DNA of 64,000 bases from Octopus vulgaris (lineage: Eukaryota): contig OX597823.1 in the NCBI GenBank assembly GCA_951406725.2, positions 5,518,001 to 5,582,000 on the forward strand, written 5' to 3'. Under the pieces are notes generated by a model that was not told the DNA's origin, did not search any database, and worked only from the letters and a program-made list of their open reading frames with translations. Positions 13,600-25,509 of this stretch are shown here, piece after piece. The position numbers were made by a program, and so were the translations under genes. The stretch's first letter is position 1. Each line of letters begins with the position of its first letter.

Positions 13600-15148
13600 G
13601 CTGATGACCTTGCTGATGCTGATGACCTTGCTCTAATTGCTGAGTCACTATCAGAACTGGAGAAGTTTCAGGTGTGGAAGCAAGGTTTAGAATCGAAGGG
13701 CCTTAGAGTCAATCTAGCTAAAACCAAAGTCGTAATAAGTAGGAAGGTAGACAAATCACAAACGCCTTCAGGTAGATGGCCCTGCTCGATCTGTAGAAAA
13801 GGTGTAGGTAGAAACTCTATAAGATGCACCAAGTGTAAGCTATGGACAAATAAGAGGTGCAGCAATGTCAAAGGAAGGCTAACTAGGAAGATGGTTTTTG
13901 TATGTGGCAGATGCTCGGGAGCATTAACCTCTGAAAATCTGCAGAAAACAACTTTCGTTACTTTCCAGGGGGAAAAACTAGAAGTAGTTGATAGCTTCCG
14001 TTATCTTGGTGACCAAGTCAGTAGTGGGGGGTGGGTGTGCTGAAAGTGTAACGGCTAGAGTAAGAATAGCCTGGGCAAAGTTTAGGGAGCTCTTACCTCT
14101 GCTGGTGACTAAAGGCCTCTCGCTCAGAGTAAAAGGCAGACTGTATGATGCATGTGTACGAACAGCCATGCTACATGGCAGTGAAACATGGGCCGTGACT
14201 GCTGAGGACATGCGTAAGCTTGCGAGAAATGAAGCCAGTATGCTCCGATCGATGTGTAATGTCAGTGTGCATGCTCGACAGAGCGTTAGTACCCTGAGAG
14301 AAATGTTGGACCTAAGGAGCATCAGTTGTGGTGTGCAAGAGAGACGATTGCGCTGGTATGGTCATGTGGCGAGAATGGATGAAGATAGGTGTGTGAAAAA
14401 GTGCCAATCCCTAGCAGTGGAGGGAACCCGTGGAAGAGGTAGACCCAGGAAAACTTGGGACGAGATGGTGAAGCACGACCTTCGAACTTTAGGTCTCACT
14501 GAGGAAATGACCAGTGACCGAGACCTTTGGAAATATGTTGTGCGTGAAAAGACCAGGCAGGACAAGTGAGTCCAGCCCACTTATGCATGCCTTTCCTCCC
14601 TTGGACACACAAAGACCTGTTGAGGCAAGCGAAGTCGATATCAAACCTCATCCGACGACAGGCACCTATGCTTGCGAAGACCTGTTGGGGCAAGTGAAAT
14701 CGGAATCGAAATTGAACCAATCCTATGACTGGCACCTGGCAGATGCCAGGACCCCTGGACTGGAGATACATAAAAAGCACTATCCGAATCGTGACCGATG
14801 CCAGAGCCGCCTCGACTGGCTTCCGTGTCGGTGGCACGTAAAAAGCACCATCCGAATCGTGGTCAAAGCCAGTGCCGCCTTGACTGGCTTCTGTGCAGGT
14901 GGCACGTAAAATGCACCAATCTGACTGTGGCCAATGCCAGCCTCGCCTGGCACCAGTGCAGGTAGCACGTAAAAAGCACCCACTACACTCACGGAGTGGT
15001 TGGCGTTAGGAAGGGCATCCAGCTGTAGAAACATTGCCAGATAAGACCGGAGCCTGGTGCAGCCTTCTGGCTTCCCAGATCCCCGGTCGAACCGTCCAAC
15101 CCTTGCTAGCATGGAGAACGGACGTTAAACGATGATGATGATGATGAT
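13598..15148 (+). mobile_element. 5'-truncated RTE LINE (end of RT, PHD-like finger, 3' UTR, (GAT)n tail)
   Basis: ORFs 13672-14043 and 13988-14569; tail gatgatgatgatgatgat 15131-15148; flanked by (TA)n on both sides. Confidence 0.95.
14771..14990 (+). repeat. Tandem 63-68 bp units in the RTE 3' UTR
   Basis: TAAAA(A/T)GCAC unit starts at 14771, 14839, 14907 and 14970. Confidence 0.85.
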
Positions 15149-15156
15149 GTGTATCT

Positions 15157-15162
<6 letters not shown>

Positions 15163-15243
<81 letters not shown>

Positions 15244-15250
15244 ATATATA

Positions 15251-15327
<77 letters not shown>

Positions 15328-15330
15328 TAT
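15163..15330. repeat. (TA)n microsatellite
   Basis: Seen directly. Confidence 0.95.
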
Positions 15331-15900
15331 GGGGCTTAGGAAAATTGTGGTGAGGCATGGGAAAATTGTGGTTGGGTGTGCTGCTGTAGGTGCCAGGTAC
15401 AAAGTTCTCATAAAAGTGATTCACTTTTTTTGTACTCAGCACTCAATAAGAGTTACCGGTAGGTTCTTATGTATTAAATAATTATCTTTTACTTGTTTCT
15501 GTCATTGGACTGGCCATGCTGGGGCACCATCTTGAATTTCTAGTTGAACGAATTGACCTCAGCACTTATGTTTTTTTTAAAGCCTAGTACTTATTCTACT
15601 AGATCCATTTGCAAGGCTTTGGCCAGCCCAATGCTATAGCAGAAGACACCCAAGATGCTGCACAATGGGAGTGAACTTAGAACCATGTAGTTAAGAAGCA
15701 AGCTTCTTACCACTAAAAATAAAATTGTTTTTTGTTCCAATCACCGGTGGGGTATACATCATTCTGGAAAGTTATTGTAGGGCCTTGGGGAAAATAGGCC
15801 AGGAAACTCTGGGCTAGCCCCTTTGAATTGATGGTCCATTGTGTTTGGCAGACTTATATACAATTTTTGTGTACCGAATTTTACTCACAAGATTGACCTA

Positions 15901-17041
15901 TGAGGTGGTATCAAAAAGTTTCCAGACATCACTGTGTTTACTTTGAAAGTTATGAAATTTGTGTTTTTGTGATCACGTGTATGCTGCAATCTGTAATTTT
16001 GTTATGAACAGGAAGTCAAAACAAAGAGCCAACATGAAATTTTGTGTTAAACTTGGGAAGTCTGCTACAGAGACTTTGAATGTGCTTTGACAAGATTACA
16101 GTGATGAGGGCACAGGTGCTTCAAAAGTGGAAGAACATCCCTGGAAGACCAGCCACAAGCGTCACCCTCAGAAATGTAGAGAAAATTCATCAGCTTCTGC
16201 TTGAGTATCATCAGAGGACAATCAACAACATTACTGATGTTGTTAGCCTATCCTATGGGTCCATGTAGCCTGACATATGAATTGAACATGTGGTATGTTT
16301 CTGCCAAGTTTGTCCCCCACCTGCTGACCAATGAGCAGAAAGAACACTGCATCAAAGTCTGTCAAGATCTCCGTCAGCATGCTGCTGATGACCCATCTTT
16401 CATGTTGAGGATCATCACCAGTGATGAGAGTTGGGTCTACGGGTGCAATTCTAACATGAAGCAGTAGTCATCACAATAGAAGAGGCCTTCATCTCCACAA
16501 GAGAAGAGGCACCAGAAAGCTGCAGCTCAATCAAGAGCATGCTCGTTGTTTTTTTCAACATCCGCAGTATTGTTCATCGAGAATTCATTCCCCCAGGGCC
16601 AAACTGTCAATCAAGAGTTCTACTGTGATGTTTTGAAGCATTTGAGGAAGGACATTGGGTAAAAGTAACTGGATCTGTGACGTGAAAAATTGGATTCTTC
16701 ATGACAACAATCCACCCAGTCAGTGAGCTTTCCTCATTTCTGAATTTCTTGCCAAAGCAACTTGGTATCACTTCTGCACCCACCCTATTTGCCAGATTTA
16801 GCACCTGCAGGCTTCCATCGCTTCCCCTAGATGAAAAGTCAGCTCAAAGATTGTTGTTTTAATACCATTGTTGATACCCAGAAAATGACTTCCAGGCTGG
16901 ATTCCAAAAGTGGCAGGAATGCTGGTACTGGTGTATTGTTGTGCAAGGTGACTATTTTGAAGGAGGTGATATTAAAACTTAGGTAAATAAGTTATTTTTT
17001 AATAAACATAACTTGTCTGGTTACTTTTTGATACCATCTTG
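15901..17041 (+). mobile_element. Decayed mariner transposon with both TIRs
   Basis: TA TSD at 15899-15900 and 17042-17043; imperfect 27-bp TIR TGAGGTGGTATCAAAAAGTTTCCAGAC; remnants AKFVPHLL, IITSDESWVY, LHDN, HPPYLPDLAP. Confidence 0.93.
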
Positions 17042-17099
17042 TAGTACTAGCTCAAACCCAGGACAGCATGATTTTTGTAGTCACTTGACCCATACCTCC

Positions 17100-17610
17100 T
17101 TCCTAGCTGTTTGCAGCACTCTGGTCATTCCACTTGTGTATCAATAGGATATCTTGGATTTGATTTTAAGTGGAATTTGTTTTCAAATCTGATCAACAGG
17201 AAGGTCAGATGGAAGGCCACTCTTGTGCTTCAAAGACAAACTAAAAGACAATCTGAAGTGATGCAACATTCCCTTTTCTTCTTGGGAAAACAAAAACCAT
17301 CAAAACACAGGACCTGCACCAGTCCAGCTTCTCCTCATTTCAAAGATTTGTGCAAAATTGACTCCAACACTGGGACAAACTTTGTGCAAGCATGAAGGCA
17401 TGTTGGCAAAACACTGCTCCTCTAAATGTGGCACAAAGCAAAGCAGGCCTAGCTGTCCACTCAAAAAAATACAAACTGAGTCTTCAACTTGCTCCATTTG
17501 CCAAAAGGTTTACAAGGCACCAGCAGGCCTCAAGAGACACATTCATGTCCATAGAGCATGATTAGCACTTTATTTTACTGAACCCTCATTTGTCATTCAC
17601 GACAAGAGAA
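17100..17610 (+). mobile_element. Old RTE (BovB/Expander-like) 3' remnant with terminal C2H2 finger
   Basis: GRSDGRPLLCFKDKLKDNLK and CSICQKVYKAPAGLKRHIHVH-stop. Confidence 0.65.
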
Positions 17611-17617
17611 TCCATTT

Positions 17618-17656
<39 letters not shown>

Positions 17657-18599
17657 TTTAGAGATAGAAGTCCTCATGCAATTCATCAAATCCTAATATA
17701 CATCACACCATATCTATTTTAATACTTACTATTTCAGTTCCAAATTTCTTTTCTACACGTGTTTCATGAGGTGCGTTTAATGTTCCCGAGACCCTCAGTC
17801 TTTCTCAGAGGCATGTCTTAACTGCAACCCCAATCATCAGGACTATTCATAACTTTTTAATAATTCAATAACTATTTCTATATTTTAATGTTTTAATAAT
17901 TCAATAACTATTTATAGAAATAGTTATAGAAATAGAAATAGTTAAAATAAATCATTATTTTAGCATGCATTGATCTATGTTTGCATGGGTCAGGTAAAAC
18001 TCATGGAAGTAGATTTTCTATAGATGTCCTCACTTCTTACCAATTAGGTAATACTTCCCCTACTCCTTCAAACAATATTTTCTGGAACATTGTAAACAAA
18101 TGACACTGAACATATGACAGTGACATACATTTACAACAAGCATTCAATATCAAGAGAAGGAGACATGAACACACACAAACAACAACTGACTTCTTTCAGT
18201 GTCTATCTACCAAATCTACTAACAAGGCTTTGGTTGGCTAAAAGTTATAGTAGAATACACTGATCAAAGACACCATGTAGTAGAACCCAAAACCATGTGG
18301 TTAAGTAGTGAACCTCTTCATCACACAGCCATGCCTACTTTATTTCTTTAATTTTTACAATTACTTTTCATTGATTTTTTTTTTGTTCATTCACTTTCTT
18401 TTCTGTTCTCTATCATTACCTTTTTATTTTTATTTTTGTTCTTTGTGTTTTCTTTTTTCTCCTCTTCCTTCTTTACCTCCCTGTTCATGCCCTCCTCATC
18501 TGTCTCTCCCACTTTCTACTCCTCGTCTGCCTCTCTCTTCTCTCCCTTATATTACAGTGCTATTGTAACAAAGTTATCATATATGCCATTCTATTTCAG

Positions 18600-18726
18600 T
18601 GGTGGCTTGGCTCTGACATATTTCAGCATCAAGAAGTCCTTCCTGATGCTGCTATTTTCTTATGGATTTCTCTATGGAATCGGTAATTCTATAGCTTATC
18701 CTGTCAGCATCAACTGTGTCATGAAG
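18600..18726 (+). CDS. OxlT-like MFS transporter exon
   Basis: tttcAG|T ... AAG|GTaagg; (S)GGLALTYFSIKKSFLMLLFSYGFLYGIGNSIAYPVSINCVMK; phase matches the previous exon. Confidence 0.93.
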
Positions 18727-18881
18727 GTAAGGCATCTATTTGTGGAAAATTTTTCATTTCCTCAAGTTTTACTTCAATTAATTTTCTTTTTCTATAGTTT
18801 ACATTCATAAAATCTTTTGTCTTTTTTGATCATGACATACTGTTTCATCATAACTTCCTTCTAGGAAGAAGTAAAATGCTG

Positions 18882-19120
18882 CTGGGTAACTACAATATTG
18901 GGCTACTAGGTACATGAGTATGTGGGTAAGCATAGTATTGGACTGCTGGGTGTATTGGTATATATACTATTGTCTATTGATTGTGTGGGTAAATATAGTA
19001 TTGGGTTACTGGATATGTGGATAAGCATAGTATTAGGCTATTGGTTATATGAGTTGATTGGTATTGAGCTATTGTGTGAGAGGGTAAATATAGCATTGGG
19101 CTGCTGGGTATGTGGGTAAA
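18882..19120. repeat. Degenerate ~32-bp minisatellite
   Basis: About 7 units resembling GTGGGTAAATATAGTATTGGGCTGCTGGGTAT. Confidence 0.75.
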
Positions 19121-19692
19121 TTCAGTCTTCTCTAGCTTTTCTTTTCTTTCTCTCTCCCTCCCCCACTTCTCTCTACTTTTCTCTCTCTTCCTCATTCTCT
19201 CCCTTTTTTGCTCTTCCATCTCTGGGCCCTATCTGTCTCTTCTCCCTCTTTCTGTCCCCTATCTGCCCCATTTCTCACAACAAATAAATATAAGTAATTT
19301 TAATTCTTTTTTTTCTCTTTCCCTTCTTCATTCTCTCTTCTCACTCTCTCTCTTCTGCCCTGTCTCTCCTTTCCACTCCCCATCTCTCCCTTCTGCCCCC
19401 TATCTCTCTTCTTTCTGAACCCATCTTTCATCCTTCTACCCCCATCTCACTCTCTTCCACCTCTCTTTCTCTCTCTCCATCCATCTCACTCTTTTCTACT
19501 CTTATCTTGCTTTATTGCCCCATCCTACCATCTTGCTCTCATACCCCCTATCACTCTCTACAGGTGTATAATAAGTAATTTTTCAATTCTTTTCTCTCTC
19601 TCTCTATCTGTCTCTCTGTCTCTCCCATTACCTATTTCTTCAAATACATTGTAAATAATATTAATTCCTGTACCTTTCTCTCATTATTCTAG

Positions 19693-19832
19693 TGGTTCCC
19701 CAAAAAAGAGGGCACTGTTGCTGGAATCGTACTGACAGGTTATGGAGTAGCTTCATTTATCTGGAATCCTTTTATTACCCTTTACATCAATCCTGAAAAC
19801 GAAATCCCTGACTTCCATATTAATGGAGAAGA
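19693..19832 (+). CDS. OxlT-like MFS transporter exon
   Basis: ttctAG|TGG ... GA|GTaaat; WFPKKEGTVAGIVLTGYGVASFIWNPFITLYINPENEIPDFHINGE(D); WFP..G..AG motif typical of the OFA family. Confidence 0.93.
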
Positions 19833-20446
19833 GTAAATATATTTATACTATGTATCTAATATATAAATCATAAGTTATCAATAATATTAATACGCTTAGT
19901 TTTTTTTGTTTGTTTTTGTACATACCTGTGGTGTGTGTCACACTTCAAAGGATGAGGTAAAAAAGTTGAAGGGAGAAGTACAAAGAAAAAAAGAAATAAA
20001 AGGTGTTAAGCAGAGGAGGTATACTTGGAGTGGCAAAGTGGGAGAGAGGGGAGGGACAGAAGCTGAGGAGGTACAGTTGAAGTGAGAGGCAAAGTGGCAA
20101 AGATGAAGTAAGAGTGAGTGAGAGAGATAGGGGAGACTGATAGTGCTGAGAGGTGAGAGAAATATAACACATTAAACGCAGGAGGACAGTTAGAGGCAAG
20201 GCGACATAGAGGAGGGGAGGCGGGGGAAAAGAGAGAGAGAGATTGACTGAAGGAAGGAAGGGAGTAGATAGAGAAGAATAGTAAAAGAGAATGGAACCAT
20301 TCTCATACAGAAAACACCAGAAAACTTTTCATTTTCAATTTTATATGATAAAGCTATTAAAAATATGGAAATTGCAAAAAGAAATGTTGCCTATCTATCT
20401 ATCTGTCTGCCTTTCTCTCTAACACAATCTCTCTCTCAGCAAATAG

Positions 20447-22185
20447 CTTTATCTTTATCTAGTTTCAGCTTACGAGCTGTGGCCATGCTGGGGCACCGCC
20501 ATTTGGTGTTGCTACATGATTTTACTTCACGAATACTTTTTAGCAATTGCCATTTGGTGCATGAGAGAGTTCGATGCAGCTGCCCTCATCTGCACCTCCT
20601 GCCGTGAAGTTGGTTCATCTGGGACACCTGACAAGAAGAGATCCAGTTTTATTTTAAAGACATCTGCATCCACCACATGCAGGTCTCTCAGATTCTTCGG
20701 GAGGATATTGAAGAGCTGTGGGCCTCGGAAGCCCAGGCTATCACAGTATCTCGTCCTACATCTTGATGGCAAATTTGGAGTCCTTGGCACTATGCAGTGG
20801 CGCCCAGTTCTGGCATTTGTGTAACTCTCGATGCCAAAGTTTGGGACAAGTCCTTCTAGGATCTTCCAGATGTATATTATGGCATATCTTTCTTGCCTAC
20901 GCTCTAAGGAATAGAGTCTCAATCTCTTGAGTCTTTCCCAATAGCTTATATGCTGCACAGAGGCTATCTTCTTCATGTAGCCTCGTTGGATCGCCTCAAG
21001 TTCTGTGATTAACTTGACACTGGATGGTGACCATAGCTGAGAGCAATAGTCAAAGTGGCTTAGGACAAGTGTCCTCCAGAGGACCATCATGGTTTCCTGG
21101 TCTCTTGTTCTAAAGGTTCTAAGAATCCATCCGGTCAGCCGCCTACATTTCATTACCAATTTAGCAACATGCACATGAAAGGTTGCATCATCACTCATGT
21201 AAATACCCAGGTCTCATACTGATTGTGCCCCTGGGATTGCAATCCCTCCAGGTCCAGTGTATTTATTAGGTATTGCATTTAGTTTTGCATGCTGATAGCA
21301 TAAAGCTTGAAACTTTTCAGCATTGAACTGCATGCTATTCTTTTCAGCCCACTTGTATATTTTGTCCAGCTCACATTGCAGGTGCTTAGTGTCTTCAGGG
21401 TTTTGTATTGTCTGTGAAACTTTTGTATCATCTGCACAACTTGTGATCGTGGCTCTCTGCGTGGCTGAGGGCATGTCTGAGAGGGCCATTATGAACAATA
21501 GTGGTCCCAAAACAGTGCCTTGCGGAACACCGCTCACTATTTGCGTGTTAATGGAAGTGGCCCCATTGGCTACTACCACCTGACTTCTATCCTTCAGAAA
21601 GTCATGAAGCCATTCTCCCAATTTTCCAACTATGCCAAGATCACTCAGTTTGTGACATATCATTCCATGATCGACTTTATCAAAGGCTTTTGCAAAGTCG
21701 AGATATATGACTTCCACATTTGAGTGGTTGAGCAGTCGTTTCAGCACCCAGTCATAGTGTTGTAGGAGCTGAGTTAAGCAGCTTCTTCCTGATCGGAAAC
21801 CATGTTGGGTGTCAAGCAGCAAGTCATTTTCTTCAAGGAAGGTGATTAGTTTCCTTCTGACTATTCGTTCCATGACCTTGCTGATGCGTAAGGTCAGAGA
21901 GATAGGTCTGTAGTTCTTGGCCTCCGCTCTGCTACCTCCTTTATGAATAGGGCAAATTTTACCTTCTTGGAAGTTTGCCAGTTGCAAGGAAGCTCTGAAA
22001 GAGGAACTGCAGTGGTCTTGCTAGGACTCTCTTACATACTTTTAGAAGGATTGCTGGGAATCCATCAGGGCCTGTAGCTGAATTTGTTTTCATTTCATCT
22101 ATAGCTTTTATTACATCGTCTTCCTTTATATTGATGTAATCAATCATCGCTGCCTCTGATTTTATATCTGCAGTAGATGTTACTG
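20447..22185 (-). mobile_element. 5'-truncated L2/CR1-type LINE (RT and C-terminus, 3' tail)
   Basis: ORFs 21214-21987 (NYRPISL, QHGFR, YLDFAKAFD, GVPQGTVLGP, CADD) and 20527-21198; tail ggcggtgccccagcatggccacagc...(GATAAA)n. Confidence 0.93.
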
Positions 22186-22399
22186 TTATTTTTCTACAGT
22201 TGAAGGGAGAGGTAAAATGTTTATCAGTATTTTCAGAGTAGACTGATGCATACATCGACAGAAAAGTAGATACATACATACATTGTTAAATTAAAAGCAG
22301 GAGAGAGGAGGTACACAGAGGAAGAGAGAGAGACAGTAGATACATAGACACAAATACATTGATGCATAGGTACATAGACAATCAAAGACAAATAACTAC

Positions 22400-23180
22400 A
22401 GCAAATATTGGATGTTACTTTCATTTTTCATTACCACACAAGGATAAATTTAACTCACAAGTGGGTGAGTACTCTACAGATATGCATACCATTAACGTAG
22501 TTCTCAGGGAGATTCAATCTCAGAATATGACAAGGCTAGCCCCTTTCAATTACAGCTACAACTTATTTTGGCCAGCTGAGTGGACTGGAGCAAGATAGAC
22601 CTTCAAGTAGTTGGAAGAAAATGAAAAAAGATCCTATATAGGGGCAGGAAAATCTTTTTAGCCATTAGGGTCACTATGGGTGTTAATCCAGTCCTAACAG
22701 TGGTATTTGTGAGTCTCACAGATCTGGAGGTCAAGCGCAGGCTGTAGTTATGAAACTGAGCAAGAGTCCAGGGCAAAGTCACTACATGATATAGAACAGC
22801 AATTATTTCGTCTTTTGCCTTACAATATGAAACATTTCCTTTTCTTTCACTCTTTTTAAAAAACGGCACTCCATCACTTACAACAATGAGGTTCCTGTTT
22901 ACCTGATCAACAGAACAGTCTGCTCATAAAATTTGCGCACAAGTGGCTGAGTATCCCACCACAGACATGCATACCATAACGTAGTTCTCAAGGAGATTCA
23001 GCTTCACACTGAATGTGACAAGGCTGGCCCCTTTCAATTACAGCTACAACTCATTTTTGTCAGCTGAGTGGACTGCAGCAAGGTGAAGTACAGTACCTTG
23101 TTCGAGAATACAGCATGCTGCCAGGTATCGTACTCATAGCTTTATGATCACGGCTCAGAATACCACTGAGCCACACACCT
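22400..23180 (-). mobile_element. Two fragments of a third SINE family (about 22400-22600 and 22860-23180)
   Basis: Both share gagtactc..cagacatgcatacc..aacgtagttctc..gagattca..gacaaggct.gcccctttcaattacagctacaac..cagctgagtggactg. Confidence 0.7.
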
Positions 23181-23694
23181 TCACTCTCTTAATCATTGAG
23201 AAAAGAAGTGGAGCGATAGAGACAGAGAAAAGAAAGCCTCAGTCATTTAAAATGACAATTAGACTGAAATATGATCGGTCTTTTCTAGCTTCTTTACTTT
23301 TAACAATGAAGAAGAAGGAAAGACATTTAGTAATGAATAGAGGGAAAGTCTTTCAGGTATTTGCGTTCTCATTCTGGGAGTTCTAGAAGGATTGACTTTT
23401 AGTTCTCTTTTATTTCCCCCACCCCCATGATTTATTTGCCTTCTTTCATAGTTCTTCATGTCTTTTAGTTGGCGGGAAAGAACATGTTTTCTTTTTTTCA
23501 GGCATATTTAACATTTCCTCTACTAACTACAAACACGCCCCCGCTCCCTTCTTTTTTTTTTTTCATACAAAAACTAATGCAAATTTCAAATGGGGTATAA
23601 CTGAAAAGAGTCCAGAAAAATGAGTAACACCCGCTACAAAATGGGAGGGGGAGAAAGTTGCCAACAAATGGCTACACAAAATTCAACTCTATAC

Positions 23695-24260
23695 TTTGAA
23701 GAGTGTCTTCTACTATAGCCTCGGGCTGACTAAAGCCTCATGAGTGAACTTAGTAGACAGAAACTGAAAGAAGCCCATCATATATATATGTGTGTGTTTT
23801 TGTCCCCACACCACCATCGCTTGACAACCGATGTTGGTTGTATTTATTTATATATATATTGCCCCGACTGGCTTCTGTGCCGGTGGCACATAAAAAGCAC
23901 CATCCGAACGTGGCCGATGCCAGCATCGCCCCGACTGGCTCCTGTGCCGGTGGCACATAAAAAGACCATCCGAACGTTGCCAGCGCCGCCTTGGCTGGCT
24001 TCCGTGCTGCTGGCACGTTAAAAGCTCCAACCGATCGTGACCGATGCCGGACCCCCCCCCTGGCACCTGTGCAGGTGGCACGTAAAAAGCACCCACTACA
24101 CTCGCGGAGTGGTTGGCATTAGGAAGGGCATCCAACCGTAGAAACTCTGCCAGATCAGACTGGAGCCTGGAGCAGGCCCTGGCTTCCTAGACCCCGGTCG
24201 AACTGTCCAACCCGTGCTAGCGCGGAAAACGGACGTTAAACGATGATGATGATGATGATG
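23695..24260 (+). mobile_element. SINE fragment (23695-23840) followed by RTE 3' UTR and (GAT)n tail (23860-24260)
   Basis: Matches the SINE at 62864 and the RTE UTR at 14771-15148. Confidence 0.85.
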
Positions 24261-24261
24261 A

Positions 24262-25507
24262 CATCATCATCATCGTTTAACGTCCGCTTTCTATGCTAGC
24301 TTGGGCTGGACGATTTTGATCGAGGGCTGGCAAACCAGAGGGCTGCACCAGGCTCCAATCTTGATCTGGCAGAGTTTCTACAGCTGGATGCCTTTCCTAA
24401 CGCCAACCACTCCGAGAGTGTAGTGGGTGCTTTTTACGTGCCACAGCATGGGGGCCAGTCAAGCGGTACTGGTAATGGCCTCGCTCGAATCTTTTTACAC
24501 ATGCCATTGGCACAGGTGCCAGTAAGGCGACGTTTGTATGATCACGTTCAAACGGTACCCGTTTATGTACCACCGGCTTGGAAGCCATTTGGCTGATCTG
24601 GCAACGATCATGCTCAGATGGTGCTCTCAGTACCCTACTAGCACAGGCACAAGTACCAGTAAGGCGACGCTGGTAACAGTCACACTCGAATGGTACCCTT
24701 TTATGTGCCACTGGCACGGAAGCCGGTTAGCCGCTCTGTCAAATGATCACACTCATATGGTGCTTTCCACCCTGCTAGCACGGATACCAGTCATTGAATT
24801 TGATTTTGATTTCACTTGCCTCAACAGGTCTTCACAAGCAGAGTTTAGTGTCCAAAGAAAGAAAAGGTACGCATAAGTGGGCTGGTTACGCTCCTGGCAT
24901 AGGCCACAGGTTATGGTCTCATTTGGCTTGCCGGGTCTTCTCAAGCACAGCATATTTCCAAAGGTCTCGTTCACTAGTCATTTCCTTGGTGAGGCCTAAT
25001 GTTTGAAGGTCGTGCTTCACCACTTCATCCCAGGTCCTCCTGTGTCTACCTCTTCCACAGGTTCCCTCAACCACTAGGGTGTGGCACTTGTTCACACAGC
25101 TATCCTCATCCATTCTCGCCACATGACCATACCAGTGCAGTCGTCTCTCTTGCACACCACATCTAATGCTTCTTAGGTGCAACTTTTCTCTCAAGGTACT
25201 TACGCTCTGTCGAGTATGCACACTGACATTACACATCCATTGGAGCATACTGCCTTCATTCCTTGCGAGCTTACGCATGTCCTCAGCAGTCACAGCCCAT
25301 GTTTCACTGCCATGTAGCATGGCTGTTCATACACAAGCGTCATATGGTCTACCTTTTACTCTGAGCAAGTAAAAGGTTGAGTAAAATGTGAACACATTTC
25401 TCTCCTACATCACGATTCTCTCTCATAAACCATCTTGCAACATGAAATACCTCAAGTCTTTGGTCTTCACGGTGCAGAACATTGGCAATTTTTTTCGTAT
25501 CTGCTTC
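24262..25507 (-). mobile_element. RTE LINE 3' fragment with internal deletion
   Basis: ORF 24919-25320 MLHGSETW...; (CAT)n tail at 24262; colinear with 6411-7470, then jumps near 25365 to upstream ORF2 sequence. Confidence 0.92.
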
Positions 25508-25509
25508 CC

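Noticed and set aside
14771-14990. CRISPR-like repeat/spacer pattern
   Set aside because: The spacers are homologous to each other, the array is part of an RTE 3' UTR seen in many copies, the context is eukaryotic and there are no cas genes.
15106-15481. YI-repeat ORFs (also 10014-10259 and 13415-13636)
   Set aside because: Translations of (TA)n microsatellites.
17358-17561. Host C2H2 zinc-finger gene
   Set aside because: A single finger at the end of a degenerate RTE ORF2, with no splice structure.
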